DNA of 64,000 bases from Eledone cirrhosa. Taxonomy: Eukaryota. Where the stretch lies: NCBI GenBank assembly GCA_964016885.1, contig OZ024743.1:110360001-110424000 (forward strand). Reading direction: 5' to 3'. Positions 28,032 to 41,211 of the stretch are shown piece by piece; the stretch's first letter is position 1; each line of letters opens with the position of its first letter. The translations under genes were made by a program, and so were the position numbers. Below the pieces are notes generated by a model. That model made no database searches. It was given only the letters and a program-made list of their open reading frames with translations, and had not been told where the DNA came from.

Positions 28032-31000
28032 GCTTTCTTTATTAACCACATGGGTTTACATAAAGTAGACATTAAGGACAGTACAGGACAGTACAGGACA
28101 ATGCAAGACGGTACAAATGGGTATTTCTGCGGGTAAAAAAAAAACAGAGGATATAACAATGAAAAATTCCCCAATACGGGGGAGACTTCCGAGGGACATT
28201 CGTGGAGAAAGCCCATTAAAAAGCCAGAGTGACCCTGACACTCAGGGCAAGTGCCCTCTCCCAGTTTTCCACCTTTAATTTACAGACACATACGCATTCA
28301 CTCGGGCCATTCTTGCCTCTCTCACCCATCTTTCAACAAAATGCTGGGAAGAGAGAACTGCCCTCTCTACCCAGATTTTCCTTTTCAAATGAAATTTGAA
28401 AAAGTTAATCACGGCATCACCGAAGAGGTAAGTGCTCGTCTTCAGCCCTTTCAAACGTGTCCACCTTATACTATCTCTTTCGCCATGGCCACCAGACAGA
28501 TCAAAACTGCCTGCCCTTCCAGGCTAAAGGAAGAGGGCGTGGCAATCCTCACGAGGGACTCATCTGATAGCTGGATCCGTCCTACACGCGACAGCAGGTG
28601 TTCGACATAAACCCACAAGTCAGCAATACTCGGACACGGGACAAGTGCGTGCAGGGCGGTTTCGTCGCCCTGCGCTGATCTCGGACATTCCCGGCTGACG
28701 GCACCACCATGCCTGTAGAGTTTATCCCGAACTGGCAAAGCTCCTCGGTAGCACTGCCAGGCCAGGGATTTCTGGAAGTTGTACATATGCCCCAGCCCGA
28801 AAGTTCTTCCGAAGAGATTGGCTAGTTGATTTTCGTCGACGCCTAGAGTTTCCCCAAGTAATTCGTCGTTCTTCCCCTCCACTAATCCTCTATATAACCC
28901 CAAGGTGGAGTTTCCACCGATCACATTGCCCAATTGGTCGAGTGCTGTGAGCGCCTGAAGATATTCCAGTCACCAAGCGCTCCATCTCGGTCTTCGCTTG
29001 ATCCAGGACTGCAGCTCCGTCTAGGAGACGAGCTGGGGAAAGACGCGTCTAGCAAACGCCGATCACACGTGATCACCGTCGAGGAAGAGATGGAGATGTC
29101 GTAGCCTGAGAGCGTGTTTGCGCATCATCAGCCACGGCTTGCCCAGACCTCCACGTAGCGGGTGTTGACAGCAGATATACCGCCTGACCATCGGAGCGCG
29201 TCCCTTCCACAAAAAGCGAAAAAGCAAACGCTCAAGCGCAGTCAGGCGGGGCTTAGGACAAGGTACGACGGTCAGGCGGTATTAGATGACGGACGCGATG
29301 TATGCGTTAGCCACCTCCACTCGACCTTTCAGGGATAGCTTACTCTCCGCCAATTTCTTGGTGAGAGATGCCACACTGCTCGTCACCTCGTCCCAGTTTT
29401 TGTCCGTCTGGAGGTCCGGACCGAACCCGACCCCTAGCAATTTAACCCGTCCATCCATCCAGCGCCCGACGAGGCTGTTGGACGGCCGGGACCTGCCTCT
29501 CCGTGTGCCGAGCTGCAGGCCCTCTGACTTTTCCTGATTGATCATTTCTCCTGTCACCGCTTCGTTTTCTCTTAGTGTAGTGCTGATCGCCTCGATGTGT
29601 TTGGCGTTCGACACCACTACGGTGACATCGTCCGCATATGCTGACACGGATCTTCCGCGTCTAGTTCGTGCATGATCGCCCTCACCGTCTCCAGTTTGGC
29701 AGTAATGGCTCGAGAGTCAATACGTACAAGAGGGACGAGAGGGGACAGCCTTGGTGGACCGAGCGTATGGTGTTGAACGGTTCCGAAAGGTGACTGTTCA
29801 CTCTCACCATAGAGCAGATGTTGCTGTGCATGGCAGCGATCCAGCCTCTGAAGACGGGCCCAAAGCCATCCGCCCTCAGTACTGCCGCTAGGTAACGATG
29901 GTCGACCCTATCGAAAGCTTTCGACTGATCTAAATTGAACAAGGACCCACCCGTGCCAGGTTCCTTAGCTACTCTCTCCACGATGTATCGCATGAGGTGG
30001 AGGTGGTCATGGATGCATCTGTCGAGAATGGCGCATGTATGCGCCTCTCCCACCAGACAACCAACGACAAGCACCAACCTCTTTACTGGCACCTTGTCTA
30101 AAATCTTGAACTCTGTGTTTAGAAGAGTTATGGGCCTGACATTTTCTATGTGATCCCCCTTGTTCGGATCCTTTCTCAGCAGTGCCACAGCTCCTCGGAT
30201 CACAGAGCTGAGAATTCTCCCGTTCTGTTGCCAGTTGCAGTAGACGTCCGTCAAGAGGCCTCCAAGCAAGTCTGGCATCTGTACGTAAAGTTCATAGTGC
30301 AGACCATCCAAACCAGGCGATTTACCCCTTGTGCAGCCAGTCATTGCCTCCCATACTTCAGCGGCTGGTATTGTCTTTTCTCAACACTCCGCCTCAGTGG
30401 CCCAGAGCCACGGAGAGTCTGTCGAGGTAAGCACTAAAGTCCATCTCTCGACCCGGCCCGCTGCTGCCCCCGAACAGCTGAGCGAAGTGTCGCTGAAAAG
30501 CTTCATACATTTTCCCGTGATCGAGTAGCATGCGCCTGTCGTGGTCCACCAAAGACCGAATCGTAGCTTTGTAGCCACGACGCGCCTCCGCTACTCGGGC
30601 CCATTGAACGGCGTTCGTCCCCAAGTGTCTGAGAGTAAGCACCCTAGCTCTGAAAACGCAGCCTTCGTGCTTTGCCTTGAAGAATTGGTCAAGGGCCAAT
30701 TTCGCAGCAAGTCGAGGCGCCTCGTCTAATGTTTTAAATAGTTCTCCCTCTGCTCTATTTTTCTCTATTACTAAAGCCTTACTAAACCTAATGGACTCAA
30801 TTCTAATCGTACTTTTCAGAGGAAACCACCACTTGTTGTTGACGATGGCCTCCGTAAACGCCCGCTTAACTAGTTTGCTAATCCGGTCTCTGTAGGCCTT
30901 GCGCGCTGGTAAGGACGCGTTTAGATTCCAGTAGCATGGCCTCGTCCATGAAGCCTATCTAAATCAAGCACACAGATCACAAATGTGTGGTCCGTGTAGC

Positions 31001-33512
31001 TGACTATCTTGAATTGTGGACAGCCTATGCAAGACCTATCTATTTCCCTACAAAATACTCTATCTAGATATGATCTGGATGACCATATGCGGTTTGTCCA
31101 AGTCCACATTGGCACATTCGGGAAATCCAATCGGTAGCTGTCGGACAGATTAAAACGCCTGAGCAGGTTGGTGAGGCTCTTGCACTCTCGTCCCCTATCC
31201 CCTAATCCCTCACAGTCCCAGCGTGAATCTAAGATCCCGTTCCAGTCGCCCACTAACACCAAAGAGCGGGACGTTCCAAGAAACGTGGTCCTGCCTCCAT
31301 GACGACCCCAAGCCACGCGCATTTATGCTGCCTATTCTGAGTGAGGTCATGTTGAAATGGACTGGAAAAGATGGGAAAGACCACTTACCTTACTTCTTGT
31401 AGAGGAAGGACGGTTTTTTCCATCCTTTTCACTGCTTGTGGCTTCCTCAGGAAGGATGTCCTTATAAATCCTCCTGGAGAGTGCTTGTCGGAAGTCTCCG
31501 ATGTCTTTGGGGAATTTTTTTTTTAGTGTCGTGTACGTTTTCCTTGTGATGCGAGTGATTTGTATGTGTGGGGGTGGTTTGAACTTTTGGGTATTGTGTA
31601 GTATTTCTCATGTGATGCTGGTGTTGTGTTGGATGTAGTATAATAATTGGTTGTTGTTCAAATTTAATGCTTTGTAGTGTGTATCGTTTTGGTTGTTTTG
31701 CTTTGCTTGCGTTTGTTGTGGGTTTGATTCTGTTTCGCTTTTTGGTGACTTTTGTGGTGTTGGTGATGGTGGTGTTGGGGTTATGATGGTGATGGCGTTG
31801 GTGTTCGTGGTGATGGCGTTGGTGATGCTGGTGTGGATGGTGGCTTAGCTGTCCTAACATTTGTGTTTGATAGTTGATTTGTTTCCCTCTGTATTTTGTT
31901 TTGGAGGAGGAAGGAAGAGAAGTTTTTTTCTTTTTTCCCGATACCATTTCGCACTCCTCGTCGTCACAATCTGTCTCCAGTTGCGATAGGTCGGGGAGTG
32001 AAAAATCCTCCACAGGCGTTGGTTTTGGTTGTGACATGGTGGGAGGTGTAGGCGCTGGTGCTAGTACCGGCGCGTTGGGTGGTGGTGGTGTTGGTTTTGC
32101 TACTGTTGTTGGGGTTGTTGCTGTTACAGTTGCTTCTGTTGTTGCTGCTACAGTTGTTGCTGCCATTTCTGCTGCTGGTGGTGTTGATGGTTGAGTCACT
32201 GGGGTGGGTAATAGATGTGGCCTCAACATTTTAGCCTGAGGGCAGAAAGCCCTTAGGTGGGTTCCTTCACCACAAACAACACACCTAGGGTTTCTGCCCT
32301 CGACGATTACGGTGAGGTGACTGCCGTCAGTGAGGTCTATTACCTCTGGAATTTCCTCAATGTTTTTTGTCCGCTTGGATCAGGAGCTCCATCCCAGATC
32401 CGGACCAGTTCTCCTGCTTTTCTTTCGCTATTTCGATTATCTTGGTGTTAGCCTCGATGCCGGCGAGGACGGCAGCCATTAGCCAGGGAATTTCGATGGC
32501 CGGTGGAACGTGGGTCACACTGATCTTCACGAGTCTCTGGCCACAATAGCTTGGGACGAGTCTGAATTCGTCAGTTCTTAATGGGGCCATGGAGTGTCTC
32601 TGGCCTCCTATGGTGTTCCAAATAACACGTCCACGGTTCCATATTTCTGCCTGCCCACGTCTGATGTGTGTTTTCTTTTTCCCACACATGTCCCAAAGCT
32701 TTTGGGATTTGGGACTCGGATGCCCGTTCCACTCTACGCGATTTTATGTTAATCGACCGATAAGACACGGTGCATAGGCGCCGATGCTCCATTTTATTAG
32801 GTGTGGGGGGGGGGGGATGACAATGTACCCATCTTTCTTTACCGTTCTCTTGGCTTCATCTAATTCCTCCTGAGTTACCTGGATTGCTTCGTACTTTTTT
32901 GTTGCTCTGGCAAAAGACAGGGTGGTTTTCTTATTCACATTGTTGTTGTTGCTGTTGTTGTTATCGTTATTTTTGTTATTGTTATTTTTAGTTTCAGTTG
33001 TGGTGGTGGTGACGTCAGTGGTATTCGATGTGGAAGAGTCCATTCTGGGTGAATCCATTTCGATGTCACGAGATAATTTATTCTTTTTTTTGTTTCTGTT
33101 GTCGCTGTGGTGGTGGTGGGGGTAGCGGCTCCAACACCCGCAGTCATTGGTAATGGAGGGAAATGAATGTCTGCATGAGACAAATTTAAATTATTGCTAC
33201 TGCTTATATGTTTAGTGTTGGAAAACGTAGTAATATTTACAATGGTGGTGTCGGTGTGAGGTGTTAGTTTGTGAGGAAGGTGTGGCTGTCTGTCGGCCAT
33301 GATTTTTCAAATAATGTTTTTGTTTGATAATTATAAAAGTTTAAATTTTGGGCTCAAGCCCCTAATCTTTTTGAGTGTCCTTTTCCGAAAGCAAATTTTG
33401 AGAGCTTATAAATAGTTAGTATATTTTTTTTCCATAAATGGCAATTTTAAACAAACGAAAACAACAAACCTTTGCGGAGCCCCCGATGATACGATTTCCT
33501 ACGTAGGGCGCC
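28032..33512 (-). mobile_element. Full-length L1/Tx1-clade LINE, family A, decayed
   Basis: ORF1 remnants at about 33300-31390; ORF2 APE (LVGDWNGILD, SYLDR, YTDH; ~300 bp internal deletion), RT (PGLDGL, DQSKAFDRV, QGCPLS, YADD) and C-terminal cysteine motif; collinear with 39016-44821; (TTA)n at both ends. Confidence 0.95.
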
Positions 33513-33528
33513 AATAAAAATAATAATG

Positions 33529-33610
<82 letters not shown>
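33513..33610. repeat. (TAA)n tract shared by the Tx1 5' end and a Dong 5' junction
   Basis: About 32 TAA units. Confidence 0.95.
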
Positions 33611-34572
33611 GTAATTGCAAAGAAAGAACTGCTACAGAAACTGGCTAAGAAATGGCAGGAAAAGCCTCTGTATGGAAAATACCCAGAGCGAGCTAACAAT
33701 CCTGATGTTGACAAATCTTTAACCCATCAGTGGTTGGCATCCTCTGGACTGAAATCGGAGACTGAAGGACTGATTATATCGGCACAAGATCAGTGCCTGC
33801 CAACAAAAAATTACCAAGCCAACATAATAAAAAATGGGTGCAGCCCATTATGCCGTGTATGCAAAAGACAACCAGAGACCATTGACCATATAATTTCAAT
33901 GTGCAGTCCTATAGCTCCAAACGAATACCTAAACAGGTATGACAGAGCTGCACAATACATACATTGGATAATGTGTAAGCATTTTGACCTGCCCCATCAA
34001 AAGAATTGGTGGGAGCATCAACCACCTCCCATACTTGAAAAAGATCACATCTCAATCTTGTGGAACTTTAGCATCCAAACAGACCGAAAAATAGATGCAA
34101 ATAGACCTGATATAATATTGAAGGACTTTCAAAGGAGGGTATGCCTGCTAATTGATATGTCTGTTCCAATAGACAAGAATGTATCTATAAAAACATTTGA
34201 AAAATTGAGCAAGTATAAGGACCTGCAGATAGAAATTGGAAAAATGTGAAATTGAGAACTAAAACAATACCAGTGGTTGTAGGCGCTCTGGGAATGATAC
34301 CTAAGGGGTCTGACGACTACTTATCGCAAATCCCAGGAAACCCGCGTATAGGAGAAATACAAAATGTAGTACTAATGGGAACTGCCCATATACTAAGGAA
34401 GATCCTGTCAATATAAGTACATCACAAGTCTAAACACTAAGGATGCATGTGTGAATATGTATGTTCTTTCTTGAACATGGCGGACCTTGTTGTCTCTTGA
34501 GGTCGCTGGTTGTGACTTGGTGATAACTCGTAAGAACATAAAGCAAGATAAATGCAAATAATAATAATAATA
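33611..34572 (+). mobile_element. R4/Dong-clade LINE, 5'-truncated (CCHC + restriction-like endonuclease)
   Basis: ETEGLIISAQDQ, CRVC..ETIDHIISMC, RPDIIL..LLIDMSVP..EKLSKYKDL; stop at 34414-34416; (TAA)n tail. Confidence 0.92.
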
Positions 34573-35279
34573 GGGAAGAAAAACGCACATGGTGGATACA
34601 TCGTTATTGAATCTCTCCCCTAAGTTATTCATGTTTACATATTTAAAACAACTGTGATAGAATAATTCTTATTACAAATGAAACATAAGATTACAGTTTT
34701 TTTTTAACTCTCAGCAAGCTACAACGCATCACATTATGGCATAGGGCCCCACTATTTAATATTTAATTTTGGATCAGAAATGTTATAGACAAAGGAAAGG
34801 AAAATAGCTACGTGGACAGAGAGGCAAATCATTTCAACACCAACACCGCCACCACCATCACCACTACCACACCAAAAGAATCTAGCCAAGTTACTCCAAC
34901 TTCTATTTCTACTTCAACTTCAACACCAGTACAATACTACGATCACATCACCCGCACCACCACTGCCTCATTATCGCTACCGCCGCTATTCTCTCCCACT
35001 ACCTCCTGCTAAGATAGAGGTACCGTAGTATTCCCACTAAGTGAGGAAGGCATCAACAGATATAAATAGACTGATTTGATGACCCGGTCAAAAAACAAAA
35101 ACATAAAAAAATAAAAAATAAAAACAACACGGCAACAACGAAAAACGTAAATAAAAGAAAAAAGAAAAGAAAAACAAACAAACAAACAAAAAAGTCCGAC
35201 ATTCAAACATTACATTACAATGAAACTTATGCTTATTTTTTTAGGTTTTTACCTATTTATTTGTTTATTTATTTATGTT

Positions 35280-38200
35280 CGTCTACAGCGTGATAATGCC
35301 ACGCTAAAATCACTGGGGTTGATCAAATCACGGGGGGTTATGAAATCACCGGTGGTTATGTAACCATACATTCAGCAATCCTCGATACGAGTGTTTAAAT
35401 GTCAAACCTAAACAGTTCAAATAACGGTGAAGTGGAGACTGGAATGTCATGTGACAGACTCTCACCCAGCATGTGCTCCCTGGCCCAGCAGCAGGGACTT
35501 TGCCGTCATCCAAATACTGCTGGTGTTGGAGGAATTAGTAGAAGGAAAGGGGCCAGAACCAACTGGACGAAAGAATTGAATAGAACTGTTATGCAATGCT
35601 ACCTGAAAAGTAACCCCAAGGAGAGGGGCTACAGGAGACGGATGCATAACATCTGGAACGAGATTGGTTTATTTAAATTAGATGAACAAAAATTGGCCGG
35701 GCAGGCTCGGGTAATAAGAACTAATGGGTGGATAAGCGAGCTGGAACGAGAGGTACTCAACAGAGAGATTAGATAGGAAACGGAGAGTGGAGTATGCCAG
35801 GCAAACGAGCCAGTGGGAGATGAAGGTGAAGAGGTTGAGAGAACGTAGGAAGCATCCGAAGCAGACAATGATCTGAATGCTGAAATAAATAATACCTGGA
35901 ACAAAGATACGGCCATTGAGAAAATAAATGCTGACGGGCTAGGACATGATTTGGTTGATATCCTAAAGTTAGTGGTAGATGAAATGAACAATGATAGTGG
36001 GAAACCTATGAACCTAAGATTTGTAGACAGGAAAAAAGTTAAAAGAAACAACAGCTAAGGTAAACAAAGTCATCCCATACCTTGAGGCGAGGAACCTTCA
36101 CCAGTGCAACAATATCCTGAAAGCAACAGCAAATGCGGTGAGGAAATTACTTGGCATAAAAGCGAGAGGAAACAACAAACAAGAAAGATCAGAACCTTGG
36201 TGGAAGAAACGACTGAATGGTCAAATCAGGGAAATGGGAAATGACATTGGAAAGCTTGAGTCCCTACTGAATGAGACACTACAAAACATAGACACTAATA
36301 ATAGACTGCAAATAAAGTACAAAACTAGGAGGAAAAAGCTAAATATAGAGGAACTGAAGCAACGCATTGTAGCAAAGGGCGCAAAGATTAGGCGATACGA
36401 GAGCAGAGTCAGTCAGGATAGACAGAACCGCATGTTTGACAACAACCAGGAGATGTTGTTTGGACAGCTTGAAGGGAAAGAAAGAGGCAACGACTTGATC
36501 CCTGAGGCGGAACAAACTAAGACATTCTCGAGAGGAATATGGGAGCAGGATGTTAAACATAATGACCAGGCAGTGTGGATTGAGACAGTACAAAAGGAGA
36601 TTAGTGAACAGGAACACAAACAAACTGATTTGAGTATCACAGTTGAAACTCTTAAGGGGCAGGCCAGAAACCAACCAACTGGGAACCACCTGGCCCGGAT
36701 GGTGTGCAGGGGTATTCGATTAAAATTATAACATCCCTCCACCCGAAACTGTCAACCATGTTCAATGACTGCTTGATGTCAGGTGAGGTACCAGAGTGGT
36801 TGACAAAAGGTACCACAGTTCTGGTAATGAAAGACCAAACCAAGGGTAATGAAGTTACCAACTATAGAACTATCTCATGTCTGTCCGTAATGTGGAAACT
36901 GTTAACAAGCATTGTTTCGGAGGAAACCTACCATCACCTCAATATAAACAACTTGTTACCGCACGAACAGAAAGGATGCCAAAAGAAGTCCCGTGGTACA
37001 CAGGATCAGTTACTTATTGATAAGATGGTAATGAGGAATTGCAGAAGGAGACACACTGGTCTTGCCATGGGATGGATAGACTACAAAAAGGCATTCGACA
37101 TGGTACCTCATTCTTGGATAACCAAAAGCCTAGAGATCTTCAGGGTGGCAGATCACATCAGACAGTTGTTGAGCAATAGTATGAAGTCCTGGAAAACAGA
37201 GTTAACATCGGGTGGAGAATCCTTGGGAGACGTGAGGATCAAGAGAGTTATCTTCCAGGGAGATAGTTTGTCCTCTCTATTGTTTGTCCTTGCCCTGATC
37301 CCCTGACCATTATACTGCGAAAAATGAGAGCAGGATACAAGTTGGGAAAGGGAGAGCATACCATCAATCACCTCCTCTTCATGGACGATCTTAAGCTCTT
37401 CGGGAAGAGTGAGAAGGAGTTGGATGTGCTTGTTGACACTGTCCGTATTTTCAACAACGATATATGTATGCAAGTTAGTATTAGTAAGTGTGGAGTCCTT
37501 GTGACGAAGAGGGGTAAATTGAGCAGAAGCAACGGAATCCATATACCAACAGGTAAGATGATAAAGGAAATTGATACTGAAGGGGGATACAAGTATTTAG
37601 GTGTTCTGGAGGCTAATGATACCAAGAACAAAAAAATGAAGGAATTGATAAAATCTGAATACATTCGGAGAGTAAGGAGAGTACTAAGGTCACATCTGAA
37701 CAGTAGGAATGCAATAAGTGCAGTAAATTCCCGAGCTGTGTCTATTATTAGGTACAGTGCGGGAATTCTGAGATGGAATGTTGCTGAACAAAAAGAAATG
37801 GATAGGAAGACTAGGAAGCTATTGACTATCTACAACATGTTCCACAAAAGGAGTGATGTCGATAGACTCTACTTAAGAAGATCTGAAGATGGAAGTTGTC
37901 TTATCAGTATAGAGGATTGTGTTCAGATGGAGAAAAACAACCTACACAAATACGTGACAGATAGTAGGGAGCCAATGCTCAGAATTGTACTGAAGCAGAG
38001 GAAAATAGGCCAGGGGATGTCCAAGGAAGAAATAACAACAAGGAGAAAGAGCAACCTTCATGAAAAATCCCTTCATAGGGCCTTATATAAGAAAAATGAA
38101 TTTAGAGATCCACAGACATGGAACTGATTGAAAAGAGGAGACCTTAAAAAGGCTACAGAAGTAATGCTAATGGCTGCGCAAGAGCAGGCCCTCAAAACGA

Positions 38201-38910
38201 AGTGGCTGAAACAAGATATTTAAAAGGAGGAGGCTAGCACACCGTATAGGATCTGTGGAGAGAGATAGGCGACTGTGGCTCAAATGTTATCGGAGTGTAA
38301 ACACCTAGCTCTGACTCACTATAAAGGCTGGATACATGATGTGATAGGCAGGGTGATCCACTGGCATTTATGAAAAGTAAACAATTTACCACATGCTGAG
38401 AAGTGGTATGAGCATAAGCCAGAGTCGGTGATGAAAAACGATCAGGTGAAGGTGCTGTGGGATTTTAGGATACAGACGGACAAGAAACTGGAACACAATA
38501 GACCTGACCTGGTGGTTTTGGACAAGGAAAAAAGATCGTGCCTCATCGTGGATGAAGCCTGCCCACTCGACACGAGAGTGTAATAGAAGGAGAGGGAGAA
38601 AATTAACCGATCCCAGGACATAAAGTGGGAGGTAAAAAGGATTTGGAACTGCCATGAGGTCAAAGTGGCCCGATTGTCATAGGCGCACTAGATACTATCT
38701 CAAAGAGTTTCCAAGGATGGTTAAGCAAAATTGATCCCGCCCCGCTTTTTGGAACACTTCAAAAGGCATGCTTGCTGGGAACAGCAAGAACCCTCCGATA
38801 CGGCTTGAATATATGAGGCTGCAGGTAGTGGCTTGATATTCATTTCAACAAACTTTCCAGTTAAATAACATCAGTGACTGAGACTCAAAGAACAATAATA
38901 ATAATAATAA
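35280..38910 (+). mobile_element. Near full-length R4/Dong-clade LINE, decayed single ORF (35399-38816)
   Basis: NYRTISCL, WIDYKKAFDMVPH, IFQGDSLS, NHLLFMDDLKL and RPDLVV..CLIVD motifs with stops and frameshifts; (TAA)n tail at 38894-38910. Confidence 0.94.
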
Positions 38911-38911
38911 C

Positions 38912-38990
38912 AATTGTTTCTACTTTTAGGCACAAGGCCAGCAATTATCCCAGTGTATTGCTGGTACTTTATGAAAGGCAAAGTTAACCT
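38912..38990 (-). mobile_element. SINE fragment abutting the Dong tail
   Basis: aattgtttctacttttaggcacaaggccagc..aaaggcaaagttaacct. Confidence 0.8.
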
Positions 38991-39232
38991 TATTATTATT
39001 ATTATTATTATTATTGGCGACCTACGTAGTAAATCGTATCATCGTGAGCTCCGCAAAGGTTTGTTATTTTCAGTTATTTAAAATTGCCATTTATGGAACA
39101 TTTTTATTGTTTACTATATATAAGTGCACATACATGGATTTCTGAAAAGGACACTCAAAAATATTGGGGCCTTGAGCCCAAAATTTAAACTTTCTCTAAT
39201 TATCAAACAAAAAATGTTTTCTTTGAAAAATT

Positions 39233-41177
39233 ATGGGTGACTCAGATTCACTCCTTCCTCACAATCCAACACCTCACACCGACACCACCATTGTAAACAT
39301 TGCTATGTTTGCCAACACTGGAATTGGAAGCAGTAGCAATGTTTTAAATTTGTCTCAGGCAGACGTTCATTTCCCGCCATTACCAATGACTGCAGGTGTT
39401 AAAGCTGCCACCAAAACCACCACCGCGACAACCACCACCCCCACCAGCACCACAGCGACAACAGAAACAAAAGAAAATATATATTAACTCATGATATCAA
39501 AATTAATTCAACCAAAATGAACTCTTCCACACCGAACACTACTGACGCCACCACCACCACAACTGAAACTAAAATTAACAATAGCAAAAATATCAATAAT
39601 AAAAACAGCAACAATGAAATTAAGAAAACTACCCTGAGTTTTACCAGAGTAGCAAAAACATGCGAAGCGATCCAGGTAACTCAGGAAGAATTAGACGAAG
39701 CCAAAGGAATGGTAAAGAAAGATGGGTACAGGCTCAGCCTCACCCCCCTCCCCACACCTAATAAAATGGAACAACGTCGCCTATGCACCGTGTATTATCG
39801 GACAATTAACATAAAATCGCGCCGAGTGGAACGGGCATCCGAGTCCCAAATCAAAAAAGCTTTGGGACATGTGTGGGCAAAAAAAACACACATCAGACGT
39901 GGCCAGAAGTATGGAACCGTGGACGTGTTCTTTGAAACACCACAGGAGGCCAGAGAACACTCCATGGCCCCATTAAGAAGTGACGACTTCACACTCATCC
40001 CAAGCTATTGTGGCCAGAGACCTGTGAAGGTCAGGGTGACCCACGTTCCACCGGCCATCGAAATTCCCTGGCTAATGACTGCCGCCCTCGCCGGCATCGA
40101 CGCCAAAACCAAAATAATAGATATAGCAAAAGAAAAGCAGGAGAACTGGTCCGGATTTGGGATGGAGCTCCTGATCCAAGCGGACCATAAAAGCATTGAG
40201 GAGATCCCAGAGGTAATAGACCTCACTGACGGCAGCCACCTCACCGTAATCGTCAAGGGCAGAAGACCTAGGTGTGTCGTTTGTGGTGAAGGAACCCACC
40301 TAAGGGCTTTCTGCCCTCAGGCTAAAATGTTGAGGCCACCTCTCTTATCCAACCCAGTGACTCAACCATCAACACCACCAGCAGCAGAAATAGCAGCAAC
40401 AACTGTAGCAGCAACAACAGAAGCAACTGTAACAGCAACAGTAGCAAAACCAACACCACCACCACCCAACGCCCCAGAACTAGCACCAGCGCCTACACCT
40501 TCCACCATGCCACAACCAAAACCAACGCCTGTGGAGGTTCCACTCCCCGGCTTATCGCAACTGGAGACAGATTGTGACGCCGAGGAGTGGGAAACGGTAT
40601 CAGGAAAAAGAAAAAAAAAGAAACCAAAAAAGAAAAACATTCTCTTCCTTCCCCCTCAAAAAACAAAATACAGAGGCAAACAAATAAATTATCGAACAAG
40701 AAAGTTAAGACAGAAATGCCACCATCCACACCAGCATCACCAACCCCATCACCACAAACACCAACACCATCACCATCATTAACCCCAACACCACCATCAC
40801 CAACACCACAAAAGTCACCAAAAAGCGTTACAGAAACAAACCCACAACAAACGCGAACAAAACAAAACAACCAAAACGATACACACTACAAAGCATTAAA
40901 TTTGAACAACAACCAATTATTACACTACATGCAACACAACACCAGCATCACAGAAAAAGACTACACAACAACCCAAAAGTTCACACCACCTCCACACATA
41001 CAAATCACTCGCATCACACAGAAAACGTACACGAAACTAAAACAAAAATTCCCCAAAGACATCGGAGACTTCCGACAAACACTCTCCAGTAGGATTTATA
41101 AGGACATCCTTCCGGAGGAGGCCTCAAGCAGTGAAAAGGATGGACAAACAATCCTTCCTCTACGAGAAGTAAGGTAA
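39233..41177 (+). pseudogene. Tx1 ORF1 (RRM-like region, CCHC zinc knuckle, P/T-rich tail); interrupted
   Basis: CVVCGEGTHLRAFC (CX2CX4HX4C) at 40273-40314; one premature stop and a frameshift near an A-run at about 40610. Confidence 0.85.
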
Positions 41178-41211
41178 GTGGTCTTTCCCATCTTTTCCAC
41201 TCCATTTCAAC

